From assembly GCF_053078305.1 (NCBI RefSeq), contig NZ_CP166879.1: 64,000 nucleotides of DNA, one strand, 5' to 3'. Made by a program: the position numbers and the translations under genes. This document shows positions 23,498 to 33,874 of the stretch, piece by piece; position 1 is the first letter of the stretch, and every line of letters begins with the position of its first letter. Under the pieces are notes generated by a model. That model ran no database searches. It was not told the origin of the DNA and saw only the letters and a list, made by a program, of their open reading frames with translations.

Positions 23498-24493
23498 ATG
23501 GCTTCATTAAAGGATGTCGCACGCCTGGCGGGAGTGTCGATGATGACAGTCTCCCGGGTGATGCATAATGCAGAATCTGTGCGTCCTGCAACGCGTGACC
23601 GCGTATTGCAGGCAATCCAGACCCTGAATTATGTTCCTGATCTTTCCGCCCGTAAGATGCGCGCTCAAGGACGTAAGCCGTCGACTCTCGCCGTGCTGGC
23701 GCAGGACACTGCTACCACTCCTTTCTCTGTTGATATTCTGCTTGCCATTGAGCAAACCGCCAGCGAGTTCGGCTGGAATAGTTTTTTAATCAATATTTTT
23801 TCTGAAGATGACGCTGCCCGCGCGGCACGTCAGCTGCTTGCCCACCGTCCGGATGGCATTATCTATACTACAATGGGGCTGCGACATATCACGCTACCTG
23901 AGTCTCTGTATGGTGAAAATATTGTATTGGCGAACTGTGTGGCGGATGACCCAGCGTTACCCAGTTATATCCCTGATGATTACACTGCACAATATGAATC
24001 AACACAGCATTTGCTCGCGGCGGGCTATCGTCAACCGTTATGCTTCTGGCTACCGGAAAGTGCGTTGGCAACAGGGTATCGTCGGCAGGGATTTGAGCAG
24101 GCCTGGCGTGATGCTGGACGAGATCTGGCTGAGGTGAAACAATTTCACATGGCAACAGGTGATGATCACTACACCGATCTCGCAAGTTTACTCAATGACC
24201 ACTTCAAATCGGGCAAACCAGATTTTGATGTTCTGATATGTGGTAACGATCGCGCAGCCTTTGTGGCTTATCAGGTTCTCCTGGCTAAGGGGGTACGTAT
24301 CCCGCAGGATGTCGCCGTAATGGGCTTTGATAATCTGGTTGGCGTCGGGCATCTGTTTTTACCGCCGCTGACCACAATTCAGCTTCCACATGACATTATC
24401 GGGCGGGAAGCTGCATTGCATATTATTGAAGGTCGTGAAGGGGGAAGTGTGACGCGGATCCCTTGCCCGCTGTTGATCCGTTGTTCCACCTGA
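23498..24493 (+). CDS. cscR: Sucrose operon repressor (LacI family)
   Basis: ORF 23312-24493; true start ATG 23498 (MASLKDVARLAGVS... HTH); 331 aa. Confidence 0.85.
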   Translation: MASLKDVARLAGVSMMTVSRVMHNAESVRPATRDRVLQAIQTLNYVPDLSARKMRAQGRKPSTLAVLAQDTATTPFSVDILLAIEQTASEFGWNSFLINIFSEDDAARAARQLLAHRPDGIIYTTMGLRHITLPESLYGENIVLANCVADDPALPSYIPDDYTAQYESTQHLLAAGYRQPLCFWLPESALATGYRRQGFEQAWRDAGRDLAEVKQFHMATGDDHYTDLASLLNDHFKSGKPDFDVLICGNDRAAFVAYQVLLAKGVRIPQDVAVMGFDNLVGVGHLFLPPLTTIQLPHDIIGREAALHIIEGREGGSVTRIPCPLLIRCST

Positions 24494-24500
24494 TATTATG

Positions 24501-25934
24501 TTAACCCAGTTGCCAGAGTGCTCCATGTTGCACCACAGCCACTCCGTGGGAGGCATAAAGCGACAGTTCCCGTTCTTCTGGCTGCGGATAGATTCGACTA
24601 CTCATCACCGCTTCCCCGTCGTTAATAAATACTTCCACGGATGATGTATCGATAAATATCCTTAGGGCGAGCGTGTCACGCTGCGGGAGGGGAATACTAC
24701 GGTAGCCGTCTAAATTCTCGTGTGGGTAATACCGCCACAAAACAAGTCGCTCAGATTGGTTATCAATATACAGCCGCATTCCAATGCCGAGCTGTAATCC
24801 GTAATGTTCGGCATCACTGTTCTTCAGCGCCCACTGCAACTGAATCTCAACTGCTTGCGCGTTTTCCTGCAAAACATATTTATTGCTGATTGTGCGGGGA
24901 GAGATAGATTGATGCTGCTGGCGTAACGACTCAGCTTCGTGTACCGGGCGTTGTAGGAGTTTGCCATTGCTCTCTGATAGCTCGCGCGCCAGCGTCATGC
25001 AGCCTGCCCAGCCTTCACGTTTTGAGGGCATTGGCGATTCCCACATATCCATCCAGCCGATAACAATACGCCGACCATCCTTCGCTACAAAGCTTTGTGG
25101 TGCATAAAAGTCATGCCCGTTATCAAGTTCAGTAAAATGCCCGGATTGTGCAAAAAGTCGTCCTGGCGACCACATTCCGGGTATTACGCCACTTTGAAAG
25201 CGATTTCGGTAACTGTATCCCTCGGCATTCATTCCCTGCGGGGAAAACATCAGATAATGCTGATCGCCAAGGCTGAAAAAGTCCGGACATTCCCACATAT
25301 AGCTTTCACCCGCATCAGCGTGGGCCAGTACGCGATCGAAAGTCCATTCACGTAATGAACTGCCGCGATAAAGCAGGATCTGCCCCGTGTTGCCTGGGTC
25401 TTTCGCCCCGACTACCATCCACCATGTGTCGGCTTCACGCCACACTTTAGGATCGCGGAAGTGCATGATTCCTTCTGGTGGAGTGAGGATCACACCCTGT
25501 TTCTCGAAATGAATACCATCCCGACTGGTAGCCAGACATTGTACTTCGCGAATTGCATCGTCATTACCTGCACCATCGAGCCAGACGTGTCCGGTGTAGA
25601 TAAGTGAGAGGACACCATTGTCATCGACAGCACTACCTGAAAAACACCCGTCTTTGTCATTATCGTCTCCTGGCGCTAGCGCAATAGGCTCATGCTGCCA
25701 GTGGATCATATCGTCGCTGGTGGCATGTCCCCAGTGCATTGGCCCCCAGTGTTCGCTCATTGGGTGATGTTGATAAAACGCGTGATAACGATCGTTAAAC
25801 CAGATCAGGCCGTTTGGATCGTTCATCCACCCGGCAGGAGGCGCGAGGTGAAAATGGGGATAGAAAGTGTTACCCCGGTGCTCATGAAGTTTTGCTAGTG
25901 CGTTTTGCGCCGCATGCAATCGAGATTGCGTCAT
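24501..25934 (-). CDS. cscA: Sucrose-6-phosphate hydrolase / invertase (GH32)
   Basis: GH32 motifs NDPNG and WECPD; start at MTQSR. Confidence 0.85.
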   Translation of the reverse strand: MTQSRLHAAQNALAKLHEHRGNTFYPHFHLAPPAGWMNDPNGLIWFNDRYHAFYQHHPMSEHWGPMHWGHATSDDMIHWQHEPIALAPGDDNDKDGCFSGSAVDDNGVLSLIYTGHVWLDGAGNDDAIREVQCLATSRDGIHFEKQGVILTPPEGIMHFRDPKVWREADTWWMVVGAKDPGNTGQILLYRGSSLREWTFDRVLAHADAGESYMWECPDFFSLGDQHYLMFSPQGMNAEGYSYRNRFQSGVIPGMWSPGRLFAQSGHFTELDNGHDFYAPQSFVAKDGRRIVIGWMDMWESPMPSKREGWAGCMTLARELSESNGKLLQRPVHEAESLRQQHQSISPRTISNKYVLQENAQAVEIQLQWALKNSDAEHYGLQLGIGMRLYIDNQSERLVLWRYYPHENLDGYRSIPLPQRDTLALRIFIDTSSVEVFINDGEAVMSSRIYPQPEERELSLYASHGVAVVQHGALWQLG

Positions 25935-26149
25935 TTTAATCATCCTGGTTAAGCAAATTTGGTGAATTGTTAACGTTAACTTTTATAAAAATAAAGTCCC
26001 TTACTTTCATAAATGCGATGAATATCACAAATGTTAACGTTAACTATGACATTTTGTGATCGAATATGCATGTTTTAGTAAATCCATGACGATTTTGCGA
26101 AAAAGAGGTTTATCACTATGCGTAAGTCAGATGAATTTAAGGGAAAAAA

Positions 26150-27064
26150 ATGTCAGCCAAAGTATGGGTTTTAGGGGATGCGGTAGTAGATCTCTTGCCA
26201 GAATCAGACGGGCGCCTACTGCCTTGTCCTGGCGGCGCGCCAGCTAACGTTGCGGTGGGAATCGCCAGATTAGGCGGAATAAGTGGGTTTATAGGTCGGG
26301 TCGGTGATGATCCTTTTGGTGCGTTAATGCAAAGAACGCTGCTAACTGAGGGAGTCGATATCACGTATCTGAAGCAAGATGAATGGCACCGGACATCCAC
26401 GGTGCTTGTCGATCTGAACGATCAAGGGGAACGTTCATTTACGTTTATGGTCCGCCCCAGTGCCGATCTTTTTTTAGAGACGACAGACTTGCCCTGCTGG
26501 CGACATGGCGAATGGTTACATCTCTGTTCAATTGCGTTGTCTGCCGAGCCTTCGCGTACCAGCGCATTTACTGCGATGACTGCGATCCGGCATGCCGGAG
26601 GTTTTGTCAGCTTCGATCCCAATATTCGTGAAGATCTATGGCAAGACGAGCATTTGCTCCGCTTGTGTTTGCGGCAGGCGCTACAACTGGCGGATGTCGT
26701 CAAGCTCTCGGAAGAAGAATGGCGACTTATCAGTGGAAAAACACAGAACGATCGGAATATATGCGCCCTGGCAAAAGAGTATGAGATCGCCATGCTGTTG
26801 GTGACTAAAGGTGCAGAAGGGGTGGTGGTCTGTTATCGAGGACAAGTTCACCATTTTGCTGGAATGTCTGTGAATTGTGTCGATAGCACGGGGGCGGGAG
26901 ATGCGTTCGTTGCCGGGTTACTCACAGGTCTGTCCTCTACGGGATTATCTACAGATGAGAGAGGAATGCGACGAATTATCGATCTCGCTCAACGTTGCGG
27001 AGCGCTTGCAGTAACGGCGAAAGGGGCAATGACAGCGCTGCCATGTCGACAAGAACTGGAATAG
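26150..27064 (+). CDS. cscK: Fructokinase (PfkB family)
   Basis: 304-aa ORF with ribokinase-like GAGD motif. Confidence 0.85.
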   Translation: MSAKVWVLGDAVVDLLPESDGRLLPCPGGAPANVAVGIARLGGISGFIGRVGDDPFGALMQRTLLTEGVDITYLKQDEWHRTSTVLVDLNDQGERSFTFMVRPSADLFLETTDLPCWRHGEWLHLCSIALSAEPSRTSAFTAMTAIRHAGGFVSFDPNIREDLWQDEHLLRLCLRQALQLADVVKLSEEEWRLISGKTQNDRNICALAKEYEIAMLLVTKGAEGVVVCYRGQVHHFAGMSVNCVDSTGAGDAFVAGLLTGLSSTGLSTDERGMRRIIDLAQRCGALAVTAKGAMTALPCRQELE

Positions 27065-27135
27065 TGAGAAGTAAACGGCGAAGTCGCTCTTATCTCTAAA
27101 TAGGACGTGAATTTTTTAACGACAGGCAGGTAATT

Positions 27136-28383
27136 ATGGCACTGAATATCCCATTCAGAAATGCGTACTATCGTTTTGCATCCAGTTACTCATTTCTCTT
27201 TTTTATTTCCTGGTCGCTGTGGTGGTCGTTATACGCTATTTGGCTGAAAGGACATCTAGGGTTGACAGGGACGGAATTAGGTACACTTTATTCGGTCAAC
27301 CAGTTTACCAGCATTCTATTTATGATGTTCTACGGCATCGTTCAGGATAAACTCGGTCTGAAGAAACCGCTCATCTGGTGTATGAGTTTTATCCTGATCT
27401 TGACCGGACCGTTTATGATTTACGTTTATGAACCGTTACTGCAAAGCAATTTTTCTGTAGGTTTAATTCTGGGGGCGCTCTTTTTTGGCCTGGGGTATCT
27501 GGCGGGATGCGGTTTGCTTGACAGCTTCACCGAAAAAATGGCGCGAAATTTTCATTTCGAATATGGAACAGCGCGCGCCTGGGGATCTTTTGGCTATGCT
27601 ATTGGCGCGTTCTTTGCCGGCATATTTTTTAGTATCAGTCCCCATATTAACTTCTGGTTGGTCTCGCTATTTGGCGCTGTATTTATGATGATCAACATGT
27701 GTTTTAAAGATAAGGATCACCAGTGCGTAGCGGCGGATGCGGGAGGGGTAAAAAAAGAGGATTTTATCGCAGTTTTCAAGGATCGAAACTTCTGGGTTTT
27801 CGTCATATTTATTGTTGGGACGTGGTCTTTCTATAACATTTTTGATCAACAACTTTTTCCTGTCTTTTATGCAGGTTTATTCGAATCACACGATGTAGGA
27901 ACGCGCCTGTATGGTTATCTCAACTCATTCCAGGTGGTACTCGAAGCGCTGTGCATGGCGATTATTCCGTTCTTTGTGAATCGGGTAGGGCCAAAAAATG
28001 CATTACTTATCGGTGTTGTGATTATGGCGTTGCGTATCCTTTCCTGCGCGCTGTTCGTTAACCCCTGGATTATTTCATTAGTGAAGCTGTTACATGCCAT
28101 TGAGGTTCCACTTTATGTCATATCCGTCTTCAAATACAGCGTGGCAAACTTTGATAAGCGCCTGTCGTCGACGATCTTTCTGATTGGTTTTCAAATTGCC
28201 AGTTCGCTTGGGATTGTGCTGCTTTCAACGCCGACTGGGATACTCTTTGACCACGCAGGCTACCAGACAGTTTTCTTCGCAATTTCGGGTATTGTCTGCC
28301 TGATGTTGCTATTTGGCATTTTCTTCCTGAGTAAAAAACGCGAGCAAATAGTTATGGAAACGCCTGTACCTTCAGCAATATAG
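27136..28383 (+). CDS. cscB: Sucrose:H+ symporter (MFS, LacY-like)
   Basis: 415-aa 12-TM ORF. Confidence 0.85.
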   Translation: MALNIPFRNAYYRFASSYSFLFFISWSLWWSLYAIWLKGHLGLTGTELGTLYSVNQFTSILFMMFYGIVQDKLGLKKPLIWCMSFILILTGPFMIYVYEPLLQSNFSVGLILGALFFGLGYLAGCGLLDSFTEKMARNFHFEYGTARAWGSFGYAIGAFFAGIFFSISPHINFWLVSLFGAVFMMINMCFKDKDHQCVAADAGGVKKEDFIAVFKDRNFWVFVIFIVGTWSFYNIFDQQLFPVFYAGLFESHDVGTRLYGYLNSFQVVLEALCMAIIPFFVNRVGPKNALLIGVVIMALRILSCALFVNPWIISLVKLLHAIEVPLYVISVFKYSVANFDKRLSSTIFLIGFQIASSLGIVLLSTPTGILFDHAGYQTVFFAISGIVCLMLLFGIFFLSKKREQIVMETPVPSAI

Positions 28384-28825
28384 ACGTAAACTTTTTCCGG
28401 TTGTTGTCGATATCTCCATATCCTTCAACCGGAAAATAATAATACTAAAATGCTTAGCCCTGCTAATAATCGCCTAATCCAAACACCTCATTCATGTTCT
28501 GGTACAGTCGCTCAAATGTACTCCGGATACACGGTTCGCTGATTTCCAGGACATTGTCGTCATTCAGCGACCTGTCGCGTGTATCACGGGCCTGCGAATT
28601 CATCAAGGAATGCATTGCGGAGTGAAGTATCGAGTCACGCCATATTTCGCTATCAGGATTCTGTGTGATGGTTACATCGCCCGGCCCAAGGCTGTTTAGT
28701 CATCAGCGCTTTCTGACAGTGCTGAGATTTCAACCTGTTGCAGTAAAAATGAGTAGATATAGGGCAAGTGTGCTGCCAAACCCATCGTTTACGGGATGAA
28801 GGTAGATTTGGTTTGAAGGGTATCT

Positions 28826-28842
28826 GGTGTCCCCTGCAGACA
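28826..28842 (-). repeat. att-core-like fragment matching the 3' end of tRNA-Arg (argW)
   Basis: ctggtgtcccctgcaga is the reverse complement of the recalled argW 3' end CTGCAGGGGACACCA; no tRNA body follows. Confidence 0.4.
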
Positions 28843-28912
28843 TCTACTTGAAGCGGCAGGGGATTGATTGGAATGGTGTTTTTTAGATGTGAAAAATATT
28901 TTACCCGCTATT

Positions 28913-29113
28913 TTACCCATTGGCGCGGCTTAAGAGCTTATTTTTGAATTCACAATGGTCACGATATAACCATCTTGCTCGCCCGTGGATAACTTTGGCT
29001 TTAGGTAGGTCTCCGGACTTAATCCGGTCATAGATGAAGGTCTTACCGAAGCCAGTATCAGCCATGATGAATTTCAAATCAACCAGTGAATCAGGTTGTA
29101 GTTCGTGTTGCAT
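28913..29113 (-). CDS. Excisionase-like / AlpA-family DNA-binding protein
   Basis: 66-aa ORF with AlpA/Xis-like pattern (DTGFGKTFIYDRIKSGDLP); adjacent to att remnant. Confidence 0.5.
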   Translation of the reverse strand: MQHELQPDSLVDLKFIMADTGFGKTFIYDRIKSGDLPKAKVIHGRARWLYRDHCEFKNKLLSRANG

Positions 29114-29217
29114 GAGTGCTATCTCCGAATAGGGAATCGAACCTGCAAATCAGGCAATAAAAAAACCGCATTGATGCGGCGATGGTAGGTCTGGATATCT
29201 TGATAAATGAAAATGCC

Positions 29218-29496
29218 TCATCGAGTGTGAGGCGGTGTGATTCCATGGTTACCTCTGCTTTTTGAACGCATGTCACGTAACTTCTTAATGTGTTCTGCCG
29301 TTTCGATCTCTTCTGCTATCCGATCTGCATCAGCTTTATTCACAGGTTCAAAGTCATGATTAAAGCGGAACATGCTGGCGATACATGTTCTGCCTTTTCG
29401 GATGTAGTGAACTTTGTTGTGGTTAGAACGCAGGATTTTGCAGGGAGTGCCGTGGTGGTCGACGTACCAGGTGTTAGGCAAAATGATTCTGAACAT
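29218..29496 (-). CDS. Hypothetical phage protein
   Basis: 92-aa ORF in early-left region. Confidence 0.35.
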   Translation of the reverse strand: MFRIILPNTWYVDHHGTPCKILRSNHNKVHYIRKGRTCIASMFRFNHDFEPVNKADADRIAEEIETAEHIKKLRDMRSKSRGNHGITPPHTR

Positions 29497-29543
29497 TTTT
29501 ACACCTCAGTTGGACGATGTTGAAATTTGCTCCTTTGAGGTCA

Positions 29544-29762
29544 TCACAATCCCCATTGTTTGTTCTTAAGTTCGATCTCCTCCTGGCAACTTGCACAAGT
29601 CCGACAACCCTGAACGGCTAGGCGTCTTCGCTTATCTATGGGATCGCCACACTCACAACAATGAGTGGCAGATATAGCCTGGTGGTTCAGGCGGCGCATT
29701 TTTATTGCTGTGTTGCGCTGTAATTCTTCAATTTCTGATGCTGAATCAATGATGTCTGCCAT
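29544..29762 (-). CDS. TraR/DksA-family C4 zinc-finger protein
   Basis: CxxC...CxxC motif (CCECGDPI...CRTCASC) in 72-aa ORF. Confidence 0.55.
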   Translation of the reverse strand: MADIIDSASEIEELQRNTAIKMRRLNHQAISATHCCECGDPIDKRRRLAVQGCRTCASCQEEIELKNKQWGL

Positions 29763-29860
29763 CTTTCATTAATCCCTGAATTGTTGGTTAATACGCTTGA
29801 GGGTGAATGCGAATAATAAAAAAGGAGCCTGTAGCTCCATGAAGATTTTGCTTTTCATGT

Positions 29861-30142
29861 TCACCGTTCCTTAAAGACGCCGTTTAACATACCGATTGCC
29901 AGACTTAAGTGAGTCGGTGTGAATCCCATCAGCGTTACCGTTTCGCGGTGCTTCTTCAGTACGCTACGGCAAATGTCATCGACGTTTTTATCCGGAAACT
30001 GCTGTCTGGCTTTTTTGATTTCAGAATTAGCCTGACGGGCAATACTGCGAAGGGCGTTTTCTTGCTGAGGTGTCATTGAACAAGTCCCATGTCGGCAAGC
30101 ATAAGCACACAGAATATGAAGCCCGCTGCCAGAAAAATGCAT
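29861..30142 (-). CDS. Hypothetical phage protein
   Basis: 93-aa ORF. Confidence 0.3.
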   Translation of the reverse strand: MHFSGSGLHILCAYACRHGTCSMTPQQENALRSIARQANSEIKKARQQFPDKNVDDICRSVLKKHRETVTLMGFTPTHLSLAIGMLNGVFKER

Positions 30143-30152
30143 TCAGTGGTTG

Positions 30153-30344
30153 TCATACCTGGTCTCTCTCATCTGCTTCTGCTTTCGCCACCATCATTTC
30201 CAGCTTTTGTGAAAGGGATGTGGCTAACGTATGAAATTCTTCGTCTGTTTCTGCTGGTATTGGCACAAACCTGACTCCAATTTGAGCAAGGCTATGTGCC
30301 ATCTCAATGCTCGTTCTTAACTCAACAGGAGATGCTTTGTGCAT
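30153..30344 (-). CDS. Hypothetical phage protein
   Basis: 63-aa ORF. Confidence 0.25.
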   Translation of the reverse strand: MHKASPVELRTSIEMAHSLAQIGVRFVPIPAETDEEFHTLATSLSQKLEMMVAKAEADERDQV

Positions 30345-30495
30345 ACAGCCCCTCGTTTATTATTTATCTCCTCAGCCAGCCGCTGGGCTTTCAGTGGATT
30401 TTGGATAACAGAAAGGCCGGGAAATACCCAGCCTCGCTTTGTAACGGAGTAGACGAAAGTGATCGCACCTACCCGGATATTATCGTGAGGATGCT

Positions 30496-31176
30496 TCATC
30501 GCCATTGCTCCCCAAATACAAAACCAATTTCAGCCAGTGCCTCGTCCATTTTTTCGATGAACTCCGGCACCATCTCGTCAAAACTCGCCATGTAATTTTC
30601 ATCCCGCTCAACCACGACATAATGCAGGCCTTCACGCTTCATGCGTGGGTCATAGTTGGCAAAGTACCAGGCATCTTTTCGCGTCACCCACATGCTGTAC
30701 TGCACCTGGGCCATGTAAGCCGACTTTATGGCCTCGAAACCACCGAGCCGGAACTTCATGAAATCCCGGGAGGTAAACGGGCATTTCAGCTCAAGACCAT
30801 TGCCGTCACTGCATAAACCATCGGGAGAGCAGGCGGTGCGCATACTTTCGTCGCGATAGATGATCGGGGATTCAGTAACATTCACGCCGGAAGTGAATTC
30901 AAACAGGGTTCTGGCGTCGTTCTCGTACTGTTTTCCCCAGGCCAGCGCCTTAGCATTAACTTCCGGAGCCACACCGGTGCAAACCTCAGCCAGCAGGGTG
31001 TGGAAGTAGGACATTTTCATGTCAGGCCATTTCTTTCCGGAGCGGGGTTTTGCTATCACGTTGTGAACTTCTGAAGCTGTGATGACGCCGAGCCGTAATT
31101 TGTGCCACGCATCATCCCCCTGCTCGACAGCTCTCACGTCGATCCCGGTACGCTGCAGGATAATGTCTGGTGTCAT
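30496..31176 (-). CDS. exo: Lambda exonuclease (Red alpha)
   Basis: 226-aa protein matching lambda Exo along its length ([26 protein letters not shown]...). Confidence 0.9.
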   Translation of the reverse strand: MTPDIILQRTGIDVRAVEQGDDAWHKLRLGVITASEVHNVIAKPRSGKKWPDMKMSYFHTLLAEVCTGVAPEVNAKALAWGKQYENDARTLFEFTSGVNVTESPIIYRDESMRTACSPDGLCSDGNGLELKCPFTSRDFMKFRLGGFEAIKSAYMAQVQYSMWVTRKDAWYFANYDPRMKREGLHYVVVERDENYMASFDEMVPEFIEKMDEALAEIGFVFGEQWR

Positions 31177-31958
31177 GCTGCCACCTTCTGCTCAGTGGCT
31201 TTTTGTTTCAGGAATCCAAGAGCTTTCACTGCTTCGGCCTGTGTCAGTTCTGACGATGCACGAATGTCGCGGCGAAATATCTGGGAACAGAGCGGCAATA
31301 AGTCGTCATCCCATGTTTTATCCAGGGCGATCAGCAGAGTGTTAATCTCCTGCATGGTTTCATCGTTAACCGGAGTGATGTCGCGTTCCGGCTGGCGTTC
31401 TGCAGTGTATGCGGTATTTTCGACAATGCGCTCGGCTTCATCCTTGTCATAGATACCAGCAAATCCGAAGGCCAGGCGGGCACACTGAATCATGGCTTTA
31501 TGCCGTAACATCCGTTTGGGATGCGACTGCCACGGGCCGGTGATTTCTCTGCCTTCGCGGGTTTTGAATGGTTCGCGTCGGCATTCATCCATCCACTCGG
31601 TAACGCAGATCGGATGATTACGGTCTTTGCGGTAAATCCGGCATGTACAGGATTCATTGTCCTGCTCAAAGTCCATGCCATCAAACTGCTGGTTTTCATT
31701 GATGATGCGGGACCAGCCATCAACGCCCACCACCGGAACGATGCCGTTCTGCTTATCAGGGAAGGCGTAAATTTCTTTCGTCCACGGATTAAGGCCGTAC
31801 TGGTTGGCGACGATCAACAATGCGATGAACTGCGCATCGCTGGCATCGCCTTTAAATGCTGTCTGGCGAAGAGTGGTGATCAGTTCCTGTGGGTCGACAG
31901 AATCCATGCCGACACGTTCAGCCAGCTTCCCTGCCAGCGTTGCGAGTGCTGTACTCAT
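31173..31958 (-). CDS. bet: Lambda Bet single-strand annealing protein (Red beta)
   Basis: 261-aa protein matching lambda Bet ([36 protein letters not shown]...). Confidence 0.9.
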   Translation of the reverse strand: MSTALATLAGKLAERVGMDSVDPQELITTLRQTAFKGDASDAQFIALLIVANQYGLNPWTKEIYAFPDKQNGIVPVVGVDGWSRIINENQQFDGMDFEQDNESCTCRIYRKDRNHPICVTEWMDECRREPFKTREGREITGPWQSHPKRMLRHKAMIQCARLAFGFAGIYDKDEAERIVENTAYTAERQPERDITPVNDETMQEINTLLIALDKTWDDDLLPLCSQIFRRDIRASSELTQAEAVKALGFLKQKATEQKVAA

Positions 31959-31963
31959 CCGTT

Positions 31964-32260
31964 TTATACCTCTGAATCAATATCAACCTGGTGGTGAGCA
32001 ATGGTTTCAACCATGTACCGGATGTGTTCTGCCATGCGCTCCTGAAACTCAACATCGTCATCAAACGCACGGGTAATGGCTTTTTTGCTGGCCCCGTGGC
32101 GTTGCAAATGATCGATGCATAGCGATTCAAACAGGTGCTGGGGCAGGCCTTTTTCCATGTCGTCTGCCAGTTCTGCCTCTTTCTCTTCACGGGCGATCTG
32201 CTGGTAGTGACGCGCCCAGCTCTGAGCCTCAAGACGATCCTGAATGTAATAAGCGTTCAT
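31964..32260 (-). CDS. gam: Gam (RecBCD inhibitor), short form
   Basis: 98-aa protein matching lambda GamS ([21 protein letters not shown]...). Confidence 0.85.
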   Translation of the reverse strand: MNAYYIQDRLEAQSWARHYQQIAREEKEAELADDMEKGLPQHLFESLCIDHLQRHGASKKAITRAFDDDVEFQERMAEHIRYMVETIAHHQVDIDSEV

Positions 32261-32335
32261 GGCTGAACTCCTGAAAATGGCTGTGAAAAAATCGCCCGCG
32301 GAATGCCAGGCTGATTCGGAAAACAGGAAAGGGGA

Positions 32336-32626
32336 TTAGTGATTCAGACCGTTGCCGCGTCCGTCGAGAAAAACTTCCACGAGCAAGTCACGGGTATAAG
32401 TGCGCTCAATGCCGCGATGCAGATAAAGTCGTCCGCGTAAATTAGCTGATGCAGTCCAGGTACCATCTTTGCGTTTGACCAGCATTCCTGGCATGACCGC
32501 ACCGCGATTAACGGTCTGCGTTCCGTAATGTTGATGAACCATAAAAACTCCTGCCCGTAAGCTGGGCTGCTGAACATATAAAGACTTCTGCGCGTATTCA
32601 GGCGGTGGATGGCCGCCGGTTGTCAT
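32336..32626 (-). CDS. Hypothetical early-left protein (kil/cIII region)
   Basis: 96-aa ORF downstream of putative OL/pL; function not assignable. Confidence 0.3.
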   Translation of the reverse strand: MTTGGHPPPEYAQKSLYVQQPSLRAGVFMVHQHYGTQTVNRGAVMPGMLVKRKDGTWTASANLRGRLYLHRGIERTYTRDLLVEVFLDGRGNGLNH

Positions 32627-32825
32627 AACTAAGCCGCCTCGTTGAAGCGACTAAGGTATGAAATGTTGAGTTGATTTCAGCTGGTCACACCGACGTTCAC
32701 GCGTCCGTTTCATCCCTCGCACTCCCCGAAGCCTGCTGAAATTCAAGCTGCGGATCTAAGCGGTCATCGCAACGGTGAATCAGGTGGTTGCCGTATCGTT
32801 GTGTTGTTGCGATATGGTGATAATA

Positions 32826-32863
32826 GCTATTGCTATTGGTAATATCAATACTTATTGCTATTA
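32826..32863. promoter_or_regulatory. Putative OL operator region
   Basis: Motifs GCTATTGCTAT and ATTGCTATTA, each also present between cI and cro. Confidence 0.4.
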
Positions 32864-32986
32864 GTTGATGTGTTTTGATATTAAATGTTTGATAGCAAAA
32901 AGAATTAATTTTGTGACTTGCATCGCATAGCGATAACTGAAGTGAGGTCGTGGTGGTTTTTTGAACGGTGTGTGATGAGGGGAGGG

Positions 32987-33011
32987 CAAAAGAAAACCCG
33001 GCAAGGCCGGG
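32987..33011 (-). terminator. Rho-independent terminator ending the cI-proximal operon
   Basis: cccggc-aag-gccggg hairpin; on minus strand followed by TTTTCTTTT; about 40 bp past the stop of the 33047 gene. Confidence 0.5.
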
Positions 33012-33046
33012 TTGTTGATAAGGTATGTCACATACAATAATAAATT

Positions 33047-33874
33047 TTAGACTTGAGGAAGTATTTTTTTTGCAAAATCAATAGTTTCTTTGTGGCTGGA
33101 TGCAGGTATATGATTTATTTTCTTAGCATCCATAGTTCTCTTTATGATGTCAATAACTTTGCTTTGGCCTGAGTTTGGTGATTCAGGGGTTTCAATTGTG
33201 AATAGAATGTCATCAAGTGAAAGCAGGTTTTCTTCTGCTGCTCGAGTTATTCTCATCACCCAAGTATCACTATGCTCCATCATTTTTCCGGGTTCAGTTT
33301 GAGTGAATGCCAGAGGTTTGATGGCACATTGGATCCTGTCGTGCTTCTTGGCGACCAATGGCATTGAGAACTTTGCGAAATACCCATCAATAGTTGCTTG
33401 TTTGAAGACGTTCTTCAATCCATCTATTCTATCGATACTGCGTTTTAGCTCTCTAGCTAGGACATCTTCACGGCGCTCTTTTGTGTAGTCAGCGTGGTTT
33501 ACATATTTATTGTAAATGCGAGCCAACTCTTCTTTCGGGTTTTCACTGAGGATAACTCTCGTAGAGCTGAACTGAAAAATTGATTCTTTTTTGTTTGTAA
33601 AATATCTGAAGAATTGTGCAAGTTGTTGATGTCCAACAATCTGGGTAGCATGCATTTTTGCGAACTGGAGTTCTCTTTGTATTGAGTCTTTTGCTACGGG
33701 AAAAATGCAATCATCATGGAAGAAATTCTTTACACGAGAGTCATTTCGCTTTGTGAGATGGAAGTCAAAGTAATTTTCTTTTGGCGCGCACAGAAGTACG
33801 CCTATGTTTGCGAACTCTTCAGTCTCCGCATAAGGCGCATAGCGAACGATGCTATATAGGCATGGAGTTGTCAT
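33047..33874 (-). CDS. Hypothetical protein, possibly DUF3037-like; second gene of rexAB-position operon
   Basis: ORF 33047-33889; likely ATG at 33874 overlapping upstream stop (ATGA); N-terminal YSIVRYAPYAETEEFANIGVLLC reminiscent of DUF3037 (from memory, needs HMM). Confidence 0.5.
   Translation of the reverse strand: MTTPCLYSIVRYAPYAETEEFANIGVLLCAPKENYFDFHLTKRNDSRVKNFFHDDCIFPVAKDSIQRELQFAKMHATQIVGHQQLAQFFRYFTNKKESIFQFSSTRVILSENPKEELARIYNKYVNHADYTKERREDVLARELKRSIDRIDGLKNVFKQATIDGYFAKFSMPLVAKKHDRIQCAIKPLAFTQTEPGKMMEHSDTWVMRITRAAEENLLSLDDILFTIETPESPNSGQSKVIDIIKRTMDAKKINHIPASSHKETIDFAKKILPQV

Noticed and set aside
29117-29135. tRNA T-arm-like sequence (GGTTCGATTCC) that might mark a tRNA gene
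   Set aside because: No acceptor or anticodon stems around it; it lies in the 5' leader of the xis-like gene. Probably an att-derived fragment.
32336-32626. N antiterminator at the first position downstream of putative pL
   Set aside because: The 96-aa product lacks an N-terminal arginine-rich motif; left as hypothetical.
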